NCBI RefSeq assembly: GCF_018336915.1
Contig: NZ_CP064923.1
Span: 4,410,001-4,442,000 of the forward strand
DNA length: 32,000 bases
Origin: Acaryochloris marina S15
GTDB lineage: Bacteria > Cyanobacteriota > Cyanobacteriia > Thermosynechococcales > Thermosynechococcaceae
Direction: 5' to 3'
Both the position numbers and the translations under genes were made by a program. How positions within the stretch are numbered: position 1 is the first letter of the stretch; each line of letters opens with the position of its first letter. Under the pieces are notes generated by a model that was not told the origin of the DNA, did not search any database, and saw only the letters and a program-made list of their open reading frames with translations. Of the stretch, positions 17,530 to 26,528 are shown in pieces.

Positions 17530-18897
17530 TTATTTACCAATGCAAAATCGACTAAAAATGCGATCTAAGACCGATTCTGTAATGTCTTCTCCAGTGATTT
17601 CGCCTAAGGCTTGAATCGCACCTCGCAGGTCGATGGTCCAGAAATCTAACGGTAGTTGATCTGCCATCGCACCTTGCACATGCTCTAAAGCCGTTTGGGC
17701 TTTTTGCAATGCTGCTGCCTGTCGCTGATTAATAGCCCAATCTAGATTGGCAGCTTGCAGGGACTGAGTTTGCACTGTATCCAAAATCGCGGTTTCCAAG
17801 GCGGAAATGCCCTGGTTTTGAGCAGCAATGGTCGACACCACCTGAGTAATCGTGTCTGGATAGTTCACCTTCTGTGTGGGGACTAAATCTACCTTATTAA
17901 TAATCAAAATCATCGGTAGATCTTGAAAGGCTTGATAGAGGTGCTGATCTGCAGCTGTCCATCCGGCTGCAGCATCAATGGTGAGCAAGACTAGATCGGC
18001 AGACTGGGCCGCTTGATGGGATCGGTTCACGCCTATTTGTTCGACCTGATCTTTCGTCTCCCGAATACCGGCGGTATCCAAAACCTGAACAGGAATCCCA
18101 CCCACGACTAACTGGGATTCCACCACATCCCGCGTGGTGCCAGGGAGGTCCGTAACAATGGCGCGATCGCATCGACACCACGCATTCAACAAGCTCGATT
18201 TACCCACATTCGGACGGCCTATGATTGCCACCTTCAGCCCATTTCGCAATAATTCTCCCTGGTCTGCCGTCGCTAAAATCGCCTGGAGTGTGGCGTGAAT
18301 CTCCTGCAGTTCTGCCTGAACACCAGATTCATCCAAAGGAGGTAAATCATCTTCGAAATCGACTCTAGCCTCTACTTCTGCCAAGGTATCTAGACAGCGC
18401 TGCCGCAGCTCTCGAATGGGGGAGGCCAACTTACCCTGCACTCCCGCTAGGGCTGCTTGCGCCGCTTGGGGAGAACGAGCCCCCACCAGATCTGCTACGC
18501 CTTCTGCTTGGGTCAAATCCAACCGCCCATTCAGAAAAGCTCTAAGGGTAAATTCTCCAGGCTGGGCGAGTTCTGCTCCTACCTGTAAACAGGCCTCTAA
18601 CACCTGCTGCACCGCGATTATTCCCCCATGACAATGCAATTCCACCACGTCCTCACGGGTATAGGAGCGAGGCGCTAGCATCAGCAGTAACAAACCTTCA
18701 TCAATCACCTGCTGCGTTGAAGGATTTCGAATATAACCATAAAGAACCCGATGACTCTCCCATAGCTGGTTTCCCGGTGCCTGAAAAAGCTGCTGAGCCA
18801 TCGATACGGCCTCGGCACCCGACAGGCGAACGATACCAATACTGCCTTGTTGGGGCACAATAGCGGTTGCGATCGCAGCAATCGTAGTTTGCTTCAT
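17530..18897 (-). CDS. mnmE: tRNA modification GTPase MnmE (TrmE)
   Basis: 455 aa, ATG start. N-terminal TIAAIATA...[11 protein letters not shown]1 [13 protein letters not shown]3 DTAGIRE, G4 NKVD, and the characteristic C-terminal CIGK. Confidence 0.95.
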   Translation of the reverse strand: MKQTTIAAIATAIVPQQGSIGIVRLSGAEAVSMAQQLFQAPGNQLWESHRVLYGYIRNPSTQQVIDEGLLLLMLAPRSYTREDVVELHCHGGIIAVQQVLEACLQVGAELAQPGEFTLRAFLNGRLDLTQAEGVADLVGARSPQAAQAALAGVQGKLASPIRELRQRCLDTLAEVEARVDFEDDLPPLDESGVQAELQEIHATLQAILATADQGELLRNGLKVAIIGRPNVGKSSLLNAWCRCDRAIVTDLPGTTRDVVESQLVVGGIPVQVLDTAGIRETKDQVEQIGVNRSHQAAQSADLVLLTIDAAAGWTAADQHLYQAFQDLPMILIINKVDLVPTQKVNYPDTITQVVSTIAAQNQGISALETAILDTVQTQSLQAANLDWAINQRQAAALQKAQTALEHVQGAMADQLPLDFWTIDLRGAIQALGEITGEDITESVLDRIFSRFCIGK

Positions 18898-19123
18898 AAG
18901 TTGTCCGGGAGATGTCCATTTATACGAGCAATAACAACCAGTTTATGGTGTGACCTTCAGCATTATCCCTTCCAGATCATTACTCAATTCCAAAGCTGGT
19001 CTATGCCGACTCTTAAGGTCTTCGTCAAATTGTTAGCCTTCTAGCCAAGCTATACTGGCCTCCAGGTCCACCCTCCTGACTCACCTCACCTGCATCTCTT
19101 ACTGTTATCCGCCATCAATCCCC

Positions 19124-20116
19124 ATGCCCAGTCAAGTTGAATACAAAACAACACGCCGGTTCATGAACATTTGGGTCTACTTGGCCCTTGGTTCCGTAGG
19201 CATGATCATTTTGGCAGGCTTGAGTTCTATTTTTTTCGTAAAACCGCTAGCCTCCAAAACTTTACAGGCCCAGGAAGGTAAACCTGCACGATTACAGCCG
19301 ATTAAAGTTAAGCCCCAAGCCATTGGCGCGGTCAGAGTAGATGTCACTGCCAGGATCCCCTCCAATCGCTACCTGGCCTATGAGGTGCAAATTCGCGACC
19401 AGCAAGATAAAGTCCTAGCTGCAGGTCTCAAAAATGCCTGGAAGGAGTCAGGAGTTTGGCGTGAAGAAGGACAAACAGGAACCTGGCAAGAAGATGACTT
19501 AGACGCAGGTTTAGATATCAGTAGTGCCAAACCTGAATCCCTTAATGTTGTGGTAGAGGTACTGGAGTATGGCACCTCGCGAAACCAGCCCCTCACCGAA
19601 TCCGTTTCCTTCCGCATCAAAGTCAATCAAGGCATTATCGACACCCGCTATTTATGGCCTGGCTTTTGGGGTGGATTACTGATGGCTGGTTTAACTTGTT
19701 TATTTTCTAAGTCGGCGGGAGCCACCTTAAGCGATAAAAGCATTGGGGATAGCGATTTAGGAGACCGAGTCAATGTCGGGGGCCCCAACAAGCTGATCAA
19801 AGTTGTGGTCAAAACCGTAGCCGATGAGACCTCTCCCCCCTCTCTCAACTGCCGATTGATGGTGCGGGACGGCAATGGCGACGAGCTGTTTAATGCCTCG
19901 GAAGTGATGCCCCTCAAATTCAAGCGGGATGAAGACGGCGATATCGACAGTACCCATGGCCAGGCCACCTTTTTTCTAGTGCTGGAAAAGCCCAGCTCCT
20001 ACGGATTCTATGTAGAAGTCACCCCCGATGCCCCGGTGGATTCAACTCGGCTAATCATCAAGCAAGGTGCCGTGACCTTAGGGGCCGTTAAGGTCGCCCA
20101 TATCGCTGCGGCTTGA
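19124..20116 (+). CDS. Hypothetical two-TM membrane protein with two beta-rich modules; first gene of the SpeE-like/DUF4178 operon
   Basis: 330 aa, ATG start (an alternative ATG at 19163 gives MNIWVYLALG). TM1 IWVYLALGSVGMIILAGLSSIFFV, TM2 LWPGFWGGLLMAGLTCLF. No family motif that I recognise. Its stop overlaps or abuts the next ORF. Confidence 0.7.
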   Translation: MPSQVEYKTTRRFMNIWVYLALGSVGMIILAGLSSIFFVKPLASKTLQAQEGKPARLQPIKVKPQAIGAVRVDVTARIPSNRYLAYEVQIRDQQDKVLAAGLKNAWKESGVWREEGQTGTWQEDDLDAGLDISSAKPESLNVVVEVLEYGTSRNQPLTESVSFRIKVNQGIIDTRYLWPGFWGGLLMAGLTCLFSKSAGATLSDKSIGDSDLGDRVNVGGPNKLIKVVVKTVADETSPPSLNCRLMVRDGNGDELFNASEVMPLKFKRDEDGDIDSTHGQATFFLVLEKPSSYGFYVEVTPDAPVDSTRLIIKQGAVTLGAVKVAHIAAA

Positions 20117-20163
20117 AGCCAGCCCCACTCCCAAAGGTGCAACTCAAGTTTTTCTCATTTAGG

Positions 20164-20418
20164 ATGGCAGTAGAAACTTTTTTAACTATGCTGACAAAAC
20201 TTTTTTCAGTCGCAACGGTCGGAATTGTAGTCGCTTCTATCTTGGCTGCATACACCCAACGTTCCGCCTTTCAGCTCCGACAAGAGCGCCAAACCAATCA
20301 CTGGACCCGTCGAGGCACCCGAACCTCAGGACGCTATCGGAGTGGTGTCTGGATTGTCTCCCCAGCCCGGTCTTCCTACAGCGGTTTCCGCGGTGGCAGT
20401 CTGGGTGTGGGTAAGTAA
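20164..20418 (+). CDS. Hypothetical small single-pass membrane protein with a basic/Gly-rich tail
   Basis: The track ORF 20113..20418 starts at TTG, overlapping the upstream stop. The in-frame ATG at 20164 gives 84 aa: MAVETFLTMLTKLFSVATVGIVVASILAAYTQ...RRGTRTSGRYRSG...SYSGFRGGSLGVGK. It sits 8 nt upstream of the next gene. Confidence 0.5.
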   Translation: MAVETFLTMLTKLFSVATVGIVVASILAAYTQRSAFQLRQERQTNHWTRRGTRTSGRYRSGVWIVSPARSSYSGFRGGSLGVGK

Positions 20419-20426
20419 GCTTCGGT

Positions 20427-21992
20427 ATGCCTGGGTCAGAATCGACCTCTGTGACACAGAGGCCTGAACCTATTCCCCTCAGCTCTCGTCAGCAGCGCTG
20501 GTTACTCGCAGCAGCGGCCATCTCTTCGAGCGTTGGCCTAGCCGCAGAATTGCTCTTAGGGACCCTAGCCAGTTATTTAGTCGGCAATACCGCCTTAGCT
20601 TACGGTGTCGCCGTGGGCGGCTTTCTGGCAGCCATGGGATTAGGGGCCTATGTCAGCCAATTCATCGCCGTCGACAATCAACAACGCCAGTTACTCAAAG
20701 TTTTTTTACAAATTGAGCTTCTAATTGCTCCTTTAACAGCTATCTTACCCATCGGGCTATTCGTCGTTTTTGTCGCGGATGGACCTATTTGGCTGGGGCT
20801 GTTTCTAGTCACCCTTATTTTGGGCATTCTATCGGGCCTAGAAGTTCCCATTTTGACCCGCATCATTGAACAAGATCGGGATGTCAAATTCGCCCTCGCG
20901 GGGGTCTTAGCCTTAGATTATGTCGGGGCTTTAGTCGGCTCCTTAGCGTTTCCCGTGTTGCTGCTGCCTTTGTTGGGACTGTTTCCCACAGCGGTTCTGA
21001 TTGGGTCATTACCAGCCTTTATGGTGTTTCGGTTAGGGCGTTTATTTCGGGGCATGCGGTCCTGGAGTTATTGGGGCCTCTGCATTGGCGTTGGCTTATG
21101 TGTATTTTCTCCCTTCGTGATACCGTTTAGCGATCGCTTAGAAAATACCCTGTACCGAGCCCCCATTGTCAGTCGCATTCAGTCCAGCTACCAACGCATT
21201 GTCCTCACCCGCTCTGGCAACGATACGCGACTCTATCTAGATGGTGACCTCCAGCTTTCCACTGTCGATGAATACCGCTATCACGAAGCCCTAGTCCATC
21301 CAGCCCTGAGTACCAATGCCCAAAGACGCCAGGTTCTAGTGCTCGGAGCCGGGGATGGCATGGCCCTACGGGAAATCCTCAAATGGCCGGAAGTTGAAAA
21401 AGTTGTGCTCATTGAGCTGGATCCTGCCGTCGTGAAGCTAGCCCGTCAGTATCCTGTACTGGTTGACCGCAATGCTCGTGCCTTAGACGATCCACGAGTA
21501 GAAGTGATCTTTGGAGATGCCTTTAAGCTAGCTCCCCAACTTCCCGATACCTTTGACGTGATCATTGCCGATTTCCCCGACCCCGATCGCCCTGCCCTTG
21601 CCAAGCTCTACTCCCAAGGATTCTATCGAAAGCTCCTCTCTCGCCTTGCCCCCGAAGGCATCTTCGTCACCCAGGCGTCCAGCCCATTCTTCGCCCCGAA
21701 GGTCATGGACTGTATTGCCACAACCTTAGCAGCGACTGATTTACAAGTTTATCCCTACACCGTCAATGTGCCGAGCTTTGGCCCCTGGGGGTTTGTATTA
21801 GCTTCTCCAAAACCCGTACAGTTTTCAGCCCAAAGTTTAACGATTCCAACTCGGTTCTTAACTCCAGCACTCCTCCCCGAACTCTTTCAACTTCCCGCAG
21901 ATATTTCTATCGGTAAAGCCAAGATCAATCGGCTCACCGATCCAGTTATAGTTCAGTACCAAGCCGATCCACGCTGGTCGGCCTATTATTGA
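20427..21992 (+). CDS. Membrane-fused spermidine synthase-like polyamine aminopropyltransferase (SpeE family)
   Basis: 521 aa, ATG start. The N-terminal ~230 aa contain about 7 hydrophobic helices. C-terminal SpeE-fold motifs: YHEALVHPAL, VLVLGAGDGMALREILKW, VVLIELDPAVV, FGDAF, IIADFPDPD, QASSPFF. Confidence 0.9.
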   Translation: MPGSESTSVTQRPEPIPLSSRQQRWLLAAAAISSSVGLAAELLLGTLASYLVGNTALAYGVAVGGFLAAMGLGAYVSQFIAVDNQQRQLLKVFLQIELLIAPLTAILPIGLFVVFVADGPIWLGLFLVTLILGILSGLEVPILTRIIEQDRDVKFALAGVLALDYVGALVGSLAFPVLLLPLLGLFPTAVLIGSLPAFMVFRLGRLFRGMRSWSYWGLCIGVGLCVFSPFVIPFSDRLENTLYRAPIVSRIQSSYQRIVLTRSGNDTRLYLDGDLQLSTVDEYRYHEALVHPALSTNAQRRQVLVLGAGDGMALREILKWPEVEKVVLIELDPAVVKLARQYPVLVDRNARALDDPRVEVIFGDAFKLAPQLPDTFDVIIADFPDPDRPALAKLYSQGFYRKLLSRLAPEGIFVTQASSPFFAPKVMDCIATTLAATDLQVYPYTVNVPSFGPWGFVLASPKPVQFSAQSLTIPTRFLTPALLPELFQLPADISIGKAKINRLTDPVIVQYQADPRWSAYY

Positions 21993-22011
21993 AACACTCT
22001 AGAGGCAGACT

Positions 22012-22605
22012 ATGGCTTACCTTTGGCTATTTATCATCATCATGGGCGTATTGGGTGTTGTCCTCTACATGAGACAACAATCCGGAAAATCTCTACCCTT
22101 TACATCCCAACCCCAAGCGTTGCCGTCCCTCGAACGCACCGTCTTTACCTTGGAAGTCGGTGATATTGTCCAACATATGGGAACGGACTGGGTGGTTGAA
22201 GGCAAACTGGTCTACGACGATCAAGGTTACTCCTGGCTAGAATACCTACTCCTAGACGGTAGCCGCCGCCAATGGCTCTCCGTCGAAGAGGATGATGTGG
22301 TTGAAGTGGCGTTATTGGAAGTCACCACTGCCCTAGAAGTGGGCACCAATCCTCCTCCTGAACTGACCTTCGCCAATGAAAGCTATCGCCATAAAGGATC
22401 GGGGATGGCCCACATGACCCGCACAGGATCGACCCTCAATCGCAACGCAGAGCGATGTCAATATTTCGACTATCAGGGACCTGACAACAAAATCCTATCG
22501 ATTGAAAACTGGGATGGCGATATTGAAGTCACCATTGGTCAAAAGATTCATCCCTCCATGCTGACCTTACTCCCTGGAGATGGTCAGCGTATTTATGGGG
22601 CTTAA
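22012..22605 (+). CDS. TM-anchored DUF4178-like protein
   Basis: 197 aa, ATG start. N-terminal TM LWLFIIIMGVLGVVLYM. The core LEVGDIVQHMGTDWVVEGKLVYDDQGYSWLEYLLLDGSRRQWLSVEEDD matches my memory of the DUF4178 pattern. This needs HMM confirmation. Confidence 0.75.
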   Translation: MAYLWLFIIIMGVLGVVLYMRQQSGKSLPFTSQPQALPSLERTVFTLEVGDIVQHMGTDWVVEGKLVYDDQGYSWLEYLLLDGSRRQWLSVEEDDVVEVALLEVTTALEVGTNPPPELTFANESYRHKGSGMAHMTRTGSTLNRNAERCQYFDYQGPDNKILSIENWDGDIEVTIGQKIHPSMLTLLPGDGQRIYGA

Positions 22606-22688
22606 TGTTGCGCAACGTTTGGTTCAGACCGGATACGCAATACGATATTCTGACTAAGTTACACCGTTAGGGAAGTCAGAGGTCAAGT

Positions 22689-23753
22689 ATGGGCAGCGAT
22701 TTCAGTGAGTGGGTCAAAATCGCTTTGTCAGAAGAGACTTTCCCCCAAGCTTCAGCTTTAGCCATATTATCGGACCCCACTATCGACCTGCTGTCCTTGG
22801 TCGCAGCAGCGGGGGAAGTGCGGATGACCTATTTTGGTCGGCAGGTAATGCTGCATCGCATCAATGATATTCAAAACGGCCTCTGCCCAGAAGATTGTGG
22901 CTATTGTGCCCAGTCCAAAATTTCCGACGCCCCCATCAAAAAATATCCCCTCAAAAGCGAAGAAGACATTATCCAAGAGGCCCATGAAGCCAAAGCGAAA
23001 GGGGTATATCGCTACTGTATGGTATCGAGCGGCAGAGGACCTACCGCAGAACGGACCCAGCATTTAGCCCATATTATTAGCCGCATCAAAAATGAAGTAG
23101 GCATTCAAACCTGTCTTTCCGCTGGCTTGATGGACCAAGAACAGGCCACCCTCCTCAAGGAAGCGGGCCTGGACCGCCTCAACCACAATCTCAACACCAG
23201 CGAGTCCCATACGGCTGATATTGTCACCACTCACACCTTTCAAGACCGGATCAACACCTTAAAAGCAGCTCGTTCAGCCGGACTAGATTTATGTAGCGGC
23301 ATGATTGCGGGCATGGGAGAAACAGACCAGGATATCGTTGATGTTGCCTATCAGCTGCACAACTATCAAGTCCCGTCCATTCCCATTAACTTCCTCATAC
23401 CGATTTCTGGGAATCCCATTTATGACTGTAACCAGCTCACACCCCAGCGCTGCTTACGGATTCTTTGCCTGTTCCGATTTGTGAATCCCAAAGCTGAGAT
23501 TCGGATTGGGGGTGGGAGAGAAGGTCATCTGCGGGGTCTGCAAGCCTTAGCACTATACCCAGCCAACTCTCTCTTTGTAGAGGGCTATTTAGCCACTAGG
23601 GGGCATAGTGTTGACCAAGTCTACCAACTCATTCATGATGCCGGTTTCGAAGCCGCTGGGGAACATTCACAGAGTAGCGACCTGAGTACGACATCCCAAT
23701 TCCAGTTGGATGATAATCCCAACATTTTGAATCCACAAACAACCATCAGTTGA
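22689..23753 (+). CDS. bioB: Biotin synthase (radical SAM)
   Basis: 354 aa, ATG start. Radical-SAM motif CPEDCGYCAQS. Also YCMVSSGRGP, NHNLNTS and CSGMIAGMGET, as in BioB. Confidence 0.95.
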   Translation: MGSDFSEWVKIALSEETFPQASALAILSDPTIDLLSLVAAAGEVRMTYFGRQVMLHRINDIQNGLCPEDCGYCAQSKISDAPIKKYPLKSEEDIIQEAHEAKAKGVYRYCMVSSGRGPTAERTQHLAHIISRIKNEVGIQTCLSAGLMDQEQATLLKEAGLDRLNHNLNTSESHTADIVTTHTFQDRINTLKAARSAGLDLCSGMIAGMGETDQDIVDVAYQLHNYQVPSIPINFLIPISGNPIYDCNQLTPQRCLRILCLFRFVNPKAEIRIGGGREGHLRGLQALALYPANSLFVEGYLATRGHSVDQVYQLIHDAGFEAAGEHSQSSDLSTTSQFQLDDNPNILNPQTTIS

Positions 23754-23786
23754 GCTAACTCATAACGGAAATGTATTAACCAATAG

Positions 23787-23828
23787 AAATGCCTTGAAGA
23801 CTTTTCTCTTCAAGGCATTTATTTATTA
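23787..23828. terminator. Bidirectional intrinsic terminator between the convergent bioB and PEP-CTERM genes
   Basis: Perfect 14-bp stem: AAATGCCTTGAAGA (23787-23800), loop cttttc, TCTTCAAGGCATTT (23807-23820). It is followed by ATTTATT and preceded by an A-rich stretch. Confidence 0.75.
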
Positions 23829-23904
23829 AGGATCGAATCTTGATTCACCACTGGCATGATTGAATCGCAATCACCCAGGCAATGAGAATCTTCAGTCTAA
23901 GGAA

Positions 23905-24507
23905 TTAGTGAGAGCGGTTCATCTTCCGTCTGGCTAACACACCGACAATCCCCAAACAGGCAAATAGACCAGCAGTAGCTGCTTCAGCAGGCTCAGGAAC
24001 GCTAGGAGGAATTGCATCAGGTGGGTCAATCGCTGGCGGTGCAGGTGCAGGATCCGCTGAATCATCACCCCCGACCACAAACGGAAGTGCAGCAGCAGCG
24101 GCACCCGCTGGAATCAACGCAGCTGCCAAAGGAAAGCCTGCTGCAGCGGGAAGACCCCCTTCGGGTGCTACACCGCCAATACCACAATCAATCAGTCCAT
24201 TCTCTGCAATGAGCGTTCGAGACGCTAGCAATCCAGTAGAAACGTCGGAGGTAGAGGCACTAGCCATCAAATTAGGCCCTAAAGACTGGCTTAGGGGGCT
24301 AGATGAATCTTTTAGAGCTTCAGGTGAAATAACAGGCTCTTCTTCGCACACATCACTTTGTGCAGTATTAGTATTCAGCTGGGAGTCAGTCTCTATAGAA
24401 TCTCCCAGACCGAGCTGAGCGGCATGGCTCAGGGGAATGTTGATGGCGTTATACAAAACGACCAGGGATAAGGCAGTCAATGAGCCACATGTTTTTAACA
24501 ATTTCAT
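23905..24507 (-). CDS. PEP-CTERM sorting-domain secreted protein
   Basis: The track ORF starts at ATG 24567. The internal ATG at 24507 (AAGGA upstream) gives a canonical signal peptide, MKLLKTCGSLTALSLVVLYNAINIPLSHA. C-terminus: VPEP AEAATAGLFACLGIVGVLA RRKMNRSH, i.e. PEP motif + TM + basic cluster. The middle is Ala/Gly/Pro-rich. Confidence 0.8.
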   Translation of the reverse strand: MKLLKTCGSLTALSLVVLYNAINIPLSHAAQLGLGDSIETDSQLNTNTAQSDVCEEEPVISPEALKDSSSPLSQSLGPNLMASASTSDVSTGLLASRTLIAENGLIDCGIGGVAPEGGLPAAAGFPLAAALIPAGAAAAALPFVVGGDDSADPAPAPPAIDPPDAIPPSVPEPAEAATAGLFACLGIVGVLARRKMNRSH

Positions 24508-25019
24508 AGTTGAGATTCGATCCTTAGATGGTTTTCCCCGCTTGATACTCGAAGATGAAATTACCATAAATTCGCGAAATAAGCTGTGTAAGCCAATACT
24601 TATGCAAATTTTCAGGTACTCGCTACATTATGCCAAACAACTCTGAAAAAGCAACTAGAGTCAATTGTGATTAGAACTGAAAATTATTCTATGGACTAAT
24701 TTTAGAGCGCTCACTCACTTGGATTGGAAAAATTCAGCAAACCTTAATCTCTCGAAACAGAAACCAAATTTTTTCCAAATTGGAACCGCAAAACCTGTGA
24801 GAGAGACGAATCTACCGCAACAGAAATTAAATTGCCTCAAATTTTAAGTTTTGTAAACAAATTCCTTTTTTACCATTTTTGCCGAAAAATCACTTGCTTA
24901 AGCTAGAAACTCGAATTCTCAGCAATAGCTACAGCGATTTTGCACTTTAATACCAAGTCAGTCCCAATTATCGAAACGTGCTGGGTTCAAACGATATGAC
25001 TCAAATCGTTTAAAGCAGC

Positions 25020-25053
25020 AATACTCCCTGCAATATTACTTACAGGGAGTATT
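25020..25053. other. Perfect 11-bp stem hairpin in a long non-coding region
   Basis: AATACTCCCTG (25020-25030), 12-nt loop caatattactta, CAGGGAGTATT (25043-25053). No flanking T-run, so it does not look like a terminator. Confidence 0.5.
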
Positions 25054-25377
25054 CACTGAGATTAAGGAAAGTCCCTTCGACACTAGCAGCATCCATACCC
25101 CTAATGCTTGGATTTTAGGCCTGCTAATTTGCGTCTTACCCTTTCGGTGCAAGTTGCCATTTCGGGGACTTGAACTGGGCTTATGCGGGGGGTATGACAG
25201 CCCAATGAATCTAATTTAACGGCAAACCCCCAATAGGCTAAACCGCATAACTACTGAACTTGAAGGGTATTTTTTGGGAGATTTTTCCGTAGTATCTCGG
25301 ATTTTTTTGAGGGAATCGCCAAAATCCTCTGAGCGTAAGATAAATAAATTTTGACCTCCTGAATACTCGTTTTAAGA

Positions 25378-25410
25378 CAAGATCCGTACTTATACGGATC
25401 CTTGATTTTG
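25378..25410 (+). terminator. Hairpin plus short T-run ~105 nt upstream of trpS (candidate terminator or attenuator)
   Basis: CAAGATCCGTA / TACGGATCCTTG (11 bp with one bulged G, loop ctta; 25378-25404), followed by ATTTTG. The minus-strand side has no T-run, so it is plus-oriented. Confidence 0.4.
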
Positions 25411-25513
25411 AATATAGAGCTAAGTACACAAACTCAGCGCCAGCAGACAGAAGCTATGTCACACTAGATCACTGTGCAGATTGCATTGTGATCAACGATT
25501 CAAAAATTAAAGC

Positions 25514-26524
25514 ATGGGTAAGCAACGCGTTCTCTCGGGTGTCCAACCCACTGGCACCCTTCACTTAGGGAATTATTTGGGAGCAATTCGGAATTGGGTC
25601 GAAGGACAAAGTGACTATGAAAATTATTTTTTTATTGCGGATCTCCACGCCATTACTGTTCCCCATGATCCTCAACAATTAGCCGATAATACCTATTCCC
25701 TGGCTGCCCTCTATTTGGCCTGCGGATTAGATCCTGAACACACCACGATCTTCGTTCAATCCCATATCTCTGCCCATACGGAGCTGGCCTGGCTATTTAA
25801 CTGTATTACACCGCTCAATTGGCTGGAGCGCATGATTCAGTTTAAAGAGAAAGCCCTGAAGCAGGGAGAGAACGTCAGCATTGGCTTACTGGATTATCCA
25901 GTTTTGCAAGCAGCCGACATCCTGCTGTATCAGGCTGATTTAGTGCCTGTGGGCGAAGACCAAAAACAGCATCTAGAGCTAACAAGGGATATTGCAGCCC
26001 GCCTGAACTTTCAGTATGGAACTGAAGAAGATCCCATTCTCAAACTGCCTGAACCTCTCATTCGCCCAGAGGGAGCCCGGATTATGAGCCTGACAGACGG
26101 CACCAATAAAATGTCAAAGTCAGATCCCTCCGAACAAAGCCGAATTACTTTACTAGACACCCCTGAGCAAATCCGCAATAAACTTAAGCGCTGCAAAACC
26201 GATCCAGTTCGAGGACTGAGTTTTGATGATCCAGACCGTCCAGAATGCCAAAATTTGCTCACCTTATATCAGTTAATGTCGGGGCAAACGAAAACTGCAG
26301 TCGCCGAAGAATGTGCTGATATGGGCTGGGGACAATTCAAGCCCTTGCTGACTGAGGTGATGATTGAAGGCCTGCGACCGATCCAAGATCGCTACACGGA
26401 ATTAATGACCCATAAACAAGATCTGGAGGCAGTCCTCCAAAAAGGCCAAGACCAAGCGAGTGCAATTGCAAACGAGACCTTAACGAAAGTGAAGGATGCC
26501 TTGGGCTATTCTCGGCCCCTCTAA
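25514..26524 (+). CDS. trpS: Tryptophan--tRNA ligase
   Basis: 336 aa, ATG start. Class I motifs: GVQPTGTLHLGNYLG (HIGH-type) and KMSKS. VGEDQKQHLELTRDIA is typical of TrpRS. Confidence 0.96.
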   Translation: MGKQRVLSGVQPTGTLHLGNYLGAIRNWVEGQSDYENYFFIADLHAITVPHDPQQLADNTYSLAALYLACGLDPEHTTIFVQSHISAHTELAWLFNCITPLNWLERMIQFKEKALKQGENVSIGLLDYPVLQAADILLYQADLVPVGEDQKQHLELTRDIAARLNFQYGTEEDPILKLPEPLIRPEGARIMSLTDGTNKMSKSDPSEQSRITLLDTPEQIRNKLKRCKTDPVRGLSFDDPDRPECQNLLTLYQLMSGQTKTAVAEECADMGWGQFKPLLTEVMIEGLRPIQDRYTELMTHKQDLEAVLQKGQDQASAIANETLTKVKDALGYSRPL

Positions 26525-26528
26525 AGGG

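Noticed and set aside
25238-25429. 63-aa minus-strand ORF in the long AT-rich intergenic region
   Set aside because: Its highly basic, low-complexity translation (MYLALYSKSRIRIST...RRSKF...) is typical of AT-rich non-coding DNA. There is no start context and no recognisable domain.
25410-25513. T-box or Trp-codon leader-peptide attenuator upstream of trpS
   Set aside because: There is no T-box core-like sequence and no short leader ORF with Trp codons. Only a generic hairpin (25378-25410) is present, and that is reported separately with low confidence.
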